A stretch of 63,721 bases of DNA from an uncultured Clostridia bacterium. Its GTDB lineage: Bacteria; Bacillota; Clostridia; Christensenellales; CAG-138. Under the pieces are notes generated by a model, which had not been told where the DNA came from, did not search any database, and saw only the letters and a program-made list of their open reading frames with translations. Numbering within the stretch: position 1 is the stretch's first letter; every line of letters begins with the position of its first letter. The stretch is from the NCBI GenBank assembly GCA_905235205.1, contig CAJOKM010000001.1:1-63721 (forward strand). Reading direction: 5' to 3'. Position numbers and translations under genes: made by a program. Positions 7,918 through 15,012 of the stretch are shown piece after piece.

Positions 7918-9089
7918 GCGTCTACTTTAAGCCGTACGAGGGCAACCGCCCCTACCTTTTCATCAGCTATTCGCACCGCGATTCCGAGGCGGTTCTCAAA
8001 ACCATCACGCTGCTGCACAATCGCAAGCTGCGGCTATGGTACGACGAGGGCATTCCGGCGGGCAGCGATTGGCCGAAAAATATCGAAGAGCATATGCAAA
8101 GCTGCTCGATGGTGCTGTTCTTTGTCTCCGAAGCCGCGTTGGATTCTCCCAACTGTCTGAGCGAGATCGAAGCCGCGCTTGCGCTGAAAAAGCCCGTTCT
8201 GCTGCTGCCGCTTTCGGATACGACGCCAAACGCAAAATGGAACGAGCTGCTTCCGCAATGTACAAGGCTTTCGTCCGGTTCCGATGCTTCTGCGCGTACC
8301 GAAACGGTTCTTTCCTGCAAACGGGTTACGCGTGCGTACTATCGCAGACCGCTTGAAAACCTGCGGTTCGATCGACTGATGCTTGTGTTCGCGCTGTTGC
8401 TGCTTGTTGCCGCCGCGACAGGACTGTATGCGCTGATAACGGGGCGGTTGGACCGCTACCTCCTTCCGCCGTCGACGCCCGTACCGACCGCGCGTCCGAC
8501 ACCGAGCGCTATGCCCGTGCCGACCGAAACGTCCGAACCGACGGCGACGCCGTACGTTCCCGGCATGGAAACGGTCACATTCCCGGATGTAAAGCAGGAA
8601 ACGGCGGTACGCAGCGCGCTGGGCGTTCCCGACGGCGATATAACGCTTTCCGATCTCGGCGGCGTGACGGAGCTGCATTTTTGCGGAACGATGGTGCTCA
8701 ACGATTTATCTGACGTCGCTTTCACAGAAGGCGCCTATGCCGTAAACGGCGCAAAACCGCTGACCGGTCCTGTCAAGGATCTCTCCGTGATCGGGCGGAT
8801 GCCGTATCTTGGGAGGCTTTCGCTGATCATGCAGCCGGTACAGTCGCTTGCCGCGCTCGATCGGCTCATGCTTCTGAACGAATTGAGCCTTGCGGGCTGC
8901 GAAAGCGTGGATCTTTCGACGCTGCCGGTGCTGCCGAGCCTCAATACGCTGCACCTTGAACACAGCAATGTGCGCGATCTTTCCGCGCTGAACACACAGC
9001 CCTCGCTTGAGACCGTGACTGTAAGTATCGATATGCTGCCGCTGACGTTTGCGGACGATGCGGCGTTTGACGTTGTTTTAGTACCGTAA
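7914..9089 (+). CDS. TIR domain / single TM / Pro-Thr linker / LRR protein (paralogue 2, canonical TIR)
   Basis: PYEGNRPYLFISYSHRDS...LWYDEGIPAGSDW...VLFFVSEAALDSPNCLSEIEAAL...PVLLLPL is a textbook bacterial TIR_2 pattern. TM at aa 155-177. Linker PPSTPVPTARPTPSAMPVPTETSEPTATP. Then LRRs (LSDLGGVTELHF, LSVIGRMPYLGRLSL, LAALDRLMLLNELSL...). Confidence 0.9.
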   Translation: MSVYFKPYEGNRPYLFISYSHRDSEAVLKTITLLHNRKLRLWYDEGIPAGSDWPKNIEEHMQSCSMVLFFVSEAALDSPNCLSEIEAALALKKPVLLLPLSDTTPNAKWNELLPQCTRLSSGSDASARTETVLSCKRVTRAYYRRPLENLRFDRLMLVFALLLLVAAATGLYALITGRLDRYLLPPSTPVPTARPTPSAMPVPTETSEPTATPYVPGMETVTFPDVKQETAVRSALGVPDGDITLSDLGGVTELHFCGTMVLNDLSDVAFTEGAYAVNGAKPLTGPVKDLSVIGRMPYLGRLSLIMQPVQSLAALDRLMLLNELSLAGCESVDLSTLPVLPSLNTLHLEHSNVRDLSALNTQPSLETVTVSIDMLPLTFADDAAFDVVLVP

Positions 9090-9119
9090 CCATTCGAACA
9101 CAGATGAAGGAGGCCTCTC

Positions 9120-12100
9120 ATGGTCAAGATTACGTACCGAAAAAAGAAGCTGTTCCCGCTGTATGCCAAGGCCGACGAGGAGAAGGTCATGCCGATCCTC
9201 GAAGCGTTGAAGGCAAAGGGATTTCCGATCGCAGACGAAAGTGATACGCCGAACAAGCGCTGCGTGATGCTGCTGTTCACGTCAGAACGGCTGAACGAAA
9301 CCCCTGCGCTTTCGGAAACGTTCTTCGCCAATGACGCGAAGGGGGTGGGGACGGTGCCGGTGAACCTCGACGGATCGATGCCGCCGGAGCTGCTGAAAAA
9401 CGCGCTCTATTCGCGCAACACGATCTTTGCCGAGCGCTACTCCGTAGACGAGCTTGCGGAACGCATAGCGACCGCAAAGCCGTTCGAAGTGTCGAAAAAG
9501 CCGCTTCCGATCATCCTTACGGCTGCCGCTGCCGTTCTCGTGATCGCCGGAGGCATTTTCTTTGCGACAAAGCTGCTGCCCGCAAAGGAAGCGGTCGCAC
9601 CTGAACCGACGGCGGAGCCGATCATTCCCACCGAAGCGGGGCTTACCGCGGCGGACCTTGAAAACGTCTATGAGCTGATCATCATCGGCGATGAATTGCA
9701 CTATTTCACCGGAACCGAAGGGATCGCGGAGAAAAACGGCTGGGCGCGCATCGGCGCCGAGTACTTTGCCAACCGCACCGAGGAGGATCTGCTCGTGCAC
9801 TGGTACAGCAAGGAGGACGGGCACGAGATCGGGCTTGCCGCATGGAACGACCTCGACTTTTTGCGGTACATGAAGAATGTGAAATTCATTACGCTTGTGC
9901 GTGTGGCGGGAGAACTTCCGGATCTTTCGGGTCTTGAAAGGCTCGACAATGTGGAACTGCTGGATTGCGACGTCACGAGCCTCGACGGACTGAAAAACGC
10001 CCGGATCGTCAATTTCGACTATTCCGGCAATACGCTGACGGACTTTTCGCCGCTGTCCGACTGCGAACGGCTTCGCTCTGCGTATCTGACGCTGTTCGAC
10101 CCGATCCCCGCCGATCTGACGTCCTTTGGGCCGCCGAGTTTGACCGAGCTTTACCTCGACACCGACAGCTCGGCAAGGACGATCGACCTTTCCGGCTTGC
10201 AGAACTGTCCCGATCTTTCGACTGTCAGGCTCGACAGCCTGCCTCTGACCGATCTTTCCTGCCTTTCCGCATGCAAAAAGCTGCACGAGCTGGAGCTTGT
10301 GACCATGCCGGAGCTTCGAAGCCTTGACGGATTACAGGATCATCAATATCTGTTTCGGCTCAGAGTCGATGAATGGAGCGAGGACCTGCGCGACTGCTCG
10401 GCGCTTTCGGACAACATAAGCCTCCATTACGTCGATCTGCATAACGGCGCATTAAACGATCTTTCGTGGCTTTCGAACGCAAAGAATCTCGAAGAGCTTG
10501 ATCTTTGGGGCATGAACGGCATGCGAAGCCTGCGTGGTCTCGAGGAGCATACAAGCTTACGGCGCGTGCATATCGAGGGGCTGGAACACCTCACCGACAT
10601 CTCTGCGCTCGAAAGCTGTACGGGACTTTTAGAGATCCATTTGAGCAGCGTCTTCGACCTTTCGGACGTCTCCCCCGTCGTGAAGCTTCCGAATCTCAAA
10701 AGTTTTGAAATCTACGGCTCGCAGCTTCGAGACGTCGGCTTCCTTTCGGATATCGTCAACAAGAACGGCTTCTCCTTCGGTATCGCGGAGGTTGACGACT
10801 GGTCGGGGCTGGAGGCGATTAAAAACTACGACTATCTGAACGTCACCGACCGCACCGGAAGCGCCCTGCCCTATCTCAGGGACGCAAAGATCCACACCTT
10901 CGAACTTTGGTGCCGCAGCGACTACAGCAATTGGAGCCGGGAGCCGCTCGACTGGTCGCAGTTCCCGAACGTCACGCAGAATCTGACGCTGCACGGGGTC
11001 GTGTCTTTGGAAGGCATGCCACAGCTTCCGATCACGGGGCTGTTCATCGACGATTCGCAGACGCTGACGTCGTTGGAGGGCATTCAGAATCTGTCAAATG
11101 CGAAAAACGGCATGCTGTGGCTGAATGTCAAGGGCTGTCCGCGTTTGACGGACTGGTCGGCGCTCGGCGGAATGAAGCTTGCCGAAATCTGCTGTGAAAA
11201 TACGTTCACGCTGCCGGACTTTGCGGCGATCGATACAAGTTCTATCGAGCTGATGGAGCCGGTCGATCTCTTCGACTTGCACTGTTTCGACGGCATGGAT
11301 CCGGATCGCAGCGTCTCCATCGAGCTGTTCCAGACGATGGACGTTACCGATCTAAAGCCGCTGTACGGAATCAAAAACGGCTACCTGCTGAAGGTCCCCG
11401 CGCATCTCGGGGAGCAGGCGCAGCTGCTGGTGGAAAGCGGCAATTTCCGCGATTACGAGATCGTCTATCCGGACGAGTGGTGGGAGCCCGCCGAGTTTCA
11501 TGTGGAGCTCCTGTCGTTCAACGAGCTCGACACGCTGCCGAGCGCGGTGTTAAGCCGTGTGAAGGATCTGAACGCGGTCGGCGATGTGATCTTTTCCTGG
11601 GAGGAGTATCGGCCGGATCAGCAATGGGACGGCGATCAGCCGACCTTTGTGCTGCAGTCGAACGACGGCGACGAAAGCCACGACATCGTGATCGAGCATC
11701 CCGGCACGCTGACCGATTTTTCCAAGCTGTCCAAACTGACCGGACTCGAACAGCTGAACCTGATCTGTCAGTCCTTTACATCGGTCGACGGCATTCAGAG
11801 TTTGCAGGAGCTTCGGGATCTTGAACTCTCCTTCACGCCGACGCTGACCGACGCGTCTCCTGCGTTCACGCTGCAGCAGCTCGAAGACCTGCACCTGCAG
11901 TATACCGGCGTGACAAGCATACAGGGCGTTCAGAATCTGCAGAATCTGCGCTGGATGGATCTGAACGGATTGAAGCTCGACGATCTCACCCCGCTCGGCG
12001 GCATACCGGAGGACTGCGGTTTCACGTTCGACTTCCCGCTGATGACGGTCGATGAATTCCTTGCGCTGCCGGACAGCGTGCTGTCTCGCATCCGCGAGAT

Positions 12101-12956
12101 CGGATTTTTCGGAAAATACGTGACAAAGGACCCGTGGGGCGATCTGTGGCTGGAGGAGGACTGGGACGGCGGCGACAGGCCGGAGCTGTATCTGCACGAC
12201 AATGCAACCGGCGAACGCTTCCCGATCGGGGAGGGACCGATTGCCGATCTTGGGCTTTTGACCCGCTTGCCGAATCTCGAAACGCTGTATTTGTACGGAC
12301 AGCCGATCGAATCGCTCGGCGGCATCGAAGCAGCCGGAAATCTCCGTCGGTTCGATTCGCGCTGGACAAATCTTTCCGATCTTTCGCCGCTGTATGATCT
12401 CCCGCAGATACAGGTCGTCTGTATCGAGAACACGGAAACGGTCACCTCGATCGAGGGCGTACAGAAGCTTCCGCATCTGACCGATCTGAACATCGGCGGC
12501 GACAACCTGACGGACATAAGCGCGATCGCAGAGATTAACTATTCGTTCTGCATGACGCCGGACGGGGACGGCAATGTGCCGTACTTCGTCCTCGGCGTGG
12601 ACAACCTGCAGGGGAAAATCCCGGATGAGCAGTATGCGGTTCTGTCCGCCGTGCCGGAGTATCAGAGCCTGAACGTGTTCAACACGGACTGCGCGCTGTG
12701 GATGGATGCTGTGAAGGATGTGAAAATCCATGAGATCCACGCGGGCAACTGCCGCTTTACCAACGAATCGTTCCGGCAGTTTATCGAACAGCACCCCGAG
12801 CTCGAATACATCAAGGTGTCGTGGACGCCGGAACTCACCGATATTTCGCCGCTTTTGACGCTTCCGAATCTGCGCGCGGCGTGCGTGTCGAACAATATGC
12901 AGCCCGCGATCCGGAGCCTGGGCGACGGATACGGGTTTGATCTCGAGATCGAATAA
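9120..12956 (+). CDS. Divergent TIR-like domain / single TM / very large LRR ectodomain protein (paralogue 3, 1278 aa)
   Basis: SD GAAGGAGG. The N-terminal ~120 aa (KKLFPLYAKADEEKVMPILEALKAKGFPI...VMLLFTSERLNETPALSETFF) is a diverged copy of the TIR core. TM at aa 129-150. More than 1,100 aa of 22-residue internalin-type LRRs follow (LTDFSPLSDCERL, LTDLSCLSACKKLHELEL, LNDLSWLSNAKNLEELDL...). Confidence 0.85.
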   Translation: MVKITYRKKKLFPLYAKADEEKVMPILEALKAKGFPIADESDTPNKRCVMLLFTSERLNETPALSETFFANDAKGVGTVPVNLDGSMPPELLKNALYSRNTIFAERYSVDELAERIATAKPFEVSKKPLPIILTAAAAVLVIAGGIFFATKLLPAKEAVAPEPTAEPIIPTEAGLTAADLENVYELIIIGDELHYFTGTEGIAEKNGWARIGAEYFANRTEEDLLVHWYSKEDGHEIGLAAWNDLDFLRYMKNVKFITLVRVAGELPDLSGLERLDNVELLDCDVTSLDGLKNARIVNFDYSGNTLTDFSPLSDCERLRSAYLTLFDPIPADLTSFGPPSLTELYLDTDSSARTIDLSGLQNCPDLSTVRLDSLPLTDLSCLSACKKLHELELVTMPELRSLDGLQDHQYLFRLRVDEWSEDLRDCSALSDNISLHYVDLHNGALNDLSWLSNAKNLEELDLWGMNGMRSLRGLEEHTSLRRVHIEGLEHLTDISALESCTGLLEIHLSSVFDLSDVSPVVKLPNLKSFEIYGSQLRDVGFLSDIVNKNGFSFGIAEVDDWSGLEAIKNYDYLNVTDRTGSALPYLRDAKIHTFELWCRSDYSNWSREPLDWSQFPNVTQNLTLHGVVSLEGMPQLPITGLFIDDSQTLTSLEGIQNLSNAKNGMLWLNVKGCPRLTDWSALGGMKLAEICCENTFTLPDFAAIDTSSIELMEPVDLFDLHCFDGMDPDRSVSIELFQTMDVTDLKPLYGIKNGYLLKVPAHLGEQAQLLVESGNFRDYEIVYPDEWWEPAEFHVELLSFNELDTLPSAVLSRVKDLNAVGDVIFSWEEYRPDQQWDGDQPTFVLQSNDGDESHDIVIEHPGTLTDFSKLSKLTGLEQLNLICQSFTSVDGIQSLQELRDLELSFTPTLTDASPAFTLQQLEDLHLQYTGVTSIQGVQNLQNLRWMDLNGLKLDDLTPLGGIPEDCGFTFDFPLMTVDEFLALPDSVLSRIREIGFFGKYVTKDPWGDLWLEEDWDGGDRPELYLHDNATGERFPIGEGPIADLGLLTRLPNLETLYLYGQPIESLGGIEAAGNLRRFDSRWTNLSDLSPLYDLPQIQVVCIENTETVTSIEGVQKLPHLTDLNIGGDNLTDISAIAEINYSFCMTPDGDGNVPYFVLGVDNLQGKIPDEQYAVLSAVPEYQSLNVFNTDCALWMDAVKDVKIHEIHAGNCRFTNESFRQFIEQHPELEYIKVSWTPELTDISPLLTLPNLRAACVSNNMQPAIRSLGDGYGFDLEIE

Positions 12957-12968
12957 GGAGGAAGAACC

Positions 12969-14999
12969 ATGGCATACACCGCTTTGGAGCAGATGCGAAC
13001 GGTCAACAGAGAGCGCTTCGGCGCGGATGTCGGACCGTTTGAACCGGCGCTGTACGGCGCGGGCAGAACGGGCAGCGATTTGAAATCCGCCGCGCTGCGG
13101 TTTTTGCACGAGCGCTGCGAGGGACTGCGCTTCTCGCCCGAAAAGGCGCAAAAGGAGAAACAGACCGGACAATATCTCGGCACGAGTTTCCGACCGAATC
13201 AGATTCCGTACAACATGCAGATGGATCTCGACCGACTTTGTCTTGAACGCGAACTGGAGAGCTTTATCGACTCCGGCGTCGCCGAGGACGCGTACACGGT
13301 CTATTACAGCTTTTTGAAGATGTTCCTCGGCGCCTACGGACGCTCGAGCAAGATGATCGAGCTTTTATCGGAGTTTGAATCGAACGCCAGCTCCCTTCTG
13401 ATGAAGCATCGCGATCACTATTCCCACTCGGTTTATGTGTTCGCGCTGGGGCTCGCGATCTACGAAACGAACGAGCGGTTCCGCACGACGTTTCAAAGAT
13501 TCTACGGCTTCACGTCCGATCGGGACGAGCATTCCGCCGCGGCGTTCTTCCTGGAATACTGGGGGCTGACCTCGCTGTTCCACGACATCGGCTACCCGTT
13601 TGAGATCCCGTTTGAACAGGTGCTCGCCTACTTCGAGGTCGACCGCAAAAAACGCGGCAACGGCAGCCTGTACCTTGCCTATCGCGACCTTGACTGCCTG
13701 TCCGGTCTGGACGAAATAACAAGCGCGCATCTTGCAGCGCTGTTCGGGAGACCGTTCGACACCGTGGAGGAGCTGCTCGCTTACGGAATCGGGAAACGGC
13801 TCGGCGCAGCATACGATGTGACGGAAGAATACCTGCTCGATACGATCCGCCGGAAACCCGTCGAACCGAACCGATTCGGATACTTCATGGATCACGCGTA
13901 TTTTTCCGCGACGCGGCTCTGTCAGGAGCTTTGCGAGGTGCTCGGCGAACAGGCGCTGACCGAAGCGCACGTCGACGCGCTGACCGCGATCATGCTGCAC
14001 AACAGCCTTTATAAGTTCGCGATCGCGTTTTATAAGGATCCGGACAGGCGAAAGCCGCCGCTCAAAGCCGAGCTGCATCCGCTTGCGTACCTTTTGATGC
14101 TGTGCGACGAGCTGCAATGCTGGGACCGTACCGCGTACGGCAGGAATTCTCGCACCGAGCTGCATCCGATGGACGCCGAGTTCGATTTCGGCAGGGGCAT
14201 GATCCACGCGCTCTACTGTTTCGACGCCGAGGAATCCGAAAAGATCGGCGAGTACGAAGCGCGCTACCGCGCGTGGGAACAGGGCGGCAAGCAGGATGCG
14301 CCCCCGCGCTTGAAGGCGTACAGCGACATGGCGGAAACCGAACAGCGCTTCCGCACGGACATCGAAAAGATCGTCGATCTAAGTGACTATCCGCTGTTTA
14401 TCACGACGTTTATGCGCACCGCGGACCGCAAGAGCAAGCATACCTATCTGTCCGGCAGCAGCTTTCTGCACATGTACGATTTTGCCGTGGCGATCAACGG
14501 ACGCTATCAGTATGAGGGCAGGGAGCAGGAAGTTTCCGTGGAGCAGCTCGAACGCGATTTTGATACGATGTCGCTCGAGTATCAGCTGAGCAACATCAAC
14601 CAGGTCAAGAGCTTCTCGAAGTACCTGAACGCGATCGGCTGCTTCTACACGGACCGCCCGGTCGATTTTGAAATGCTGCGCGCGTTTACCGCGGAACAGA
14701 CAGCCGTGTTCGCGCCGATGGAGCACGCCCGCTGGGTGCGGTCACATCGCGCGATGGACTGGACTGCCGGAAATCTCTATGAAACGGTTGCAGCGGACGG
14801 AGAAACGAACCGCTTTGTGCTGCGCGAGCAGATGCGGCAGCACAAGCTGTGCATGAACGGCGATTTCGGAGAGCTCGAGATCGCGCGGCACTATCTCAAC
14901 CTGTCCGAGGCGGATCAAGGCAAGGACTGGAAACCGTTCAATTCCATGTTGAAGCTGATCCGCAAGTTCGACGGACTGCGAATCTACAAACTCGGTTGA
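12969..14999 (+). CDS. HD-domain phosphohydrolase (SAMHD1/dGTPase-style motifs) with C-terminal RyR-type repeats
   Basis: SD AAGGAGG, 12 nt after the previous stop. HD motifs RDHYSHSVYV, LFHDIGYPFE, MLHNS, LCDELQCWDR. C-terminus MEHARWVRSHRAMDWTAGN...RQHKLCM...LSEADQGKDW...MLKLIRKFDG compares with the RyR repeat pattern (HE.W..GWTYG..K..HPCLV..LPE.EK...LKTLLALG). A degenerate first repeat is FAVAINGRY...LSNINQVKSFSKYLNAIGC. Confidence 0.85.
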   Translation: MAYTALEQMRTVNRERFGADVGPFEPALYGAGRTGSDLKSAALRFLHERCEGLRFSPEKAQKEKQTGQYLGTSFRPNQIPYNMQMDLDRLCLERELESFIDSGVAEDAYTVYYSFLKMFLGAYGRSSKMIELLSEFESNASSLLMKHRDHYSHSVYVFALGLAIYETNERFRTTFQRFYGFTSDRDEHSAAAFFLEYWGLTSLFHDIGYPFEIPFEQVLAYFEVDRKKRGNGSLYLAYRDLDCLSGLDEITSAHLAALFGRPFDTVEELLAYGIGKRLGAAYDVTEEYLLDTIRRKPVEPNRFGYFMDHAYFSATRLCQELCEVLGEQALTEAHVDALTAIMLHNSLYKFAIAFYKDPDRRKPPLKAELHPLAYLLMLCDELQCWDRTAYGRNSRTELHPMDAEFDFGRGMIHALYCFDAEESEKIGEYEARYRAWEQGGKQDAPPRLKAYSDMAETEQRFRTDIEKIVDLSDYPLFITTFMRTADRKSKHTYLSGSSFLHMYDFAVAINGRYQYEGREQEVSVEQLERDFDTMSLEYQLSNINQVKSFSKYLNAIGCFYTDRPVDFEMLRAFTAEQTAVFAPMEHARWVRSHRAMDWTAGNLYETVAADGETNRFVLREQMRQHKLCMNGDFGELEIARHYLNLSEADQGKDWKPFNSMLKLIRKFDGLRIYKLG

Positions 15000-15012
15000 A
15001 AAAGGAGAGCGT

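Noticed and set aside
9282-13172. Long minus-strand ORFs (9282-10286, 11550-13172) antisense to the LRR and HD genes
   Set aside because: These are typical shadow ORFs of GC-rich coding DNA. They are Arg/His/Gln-rich, have no SD and no recognisable motifs, whereas the plus-strand products have clear domain signatures.
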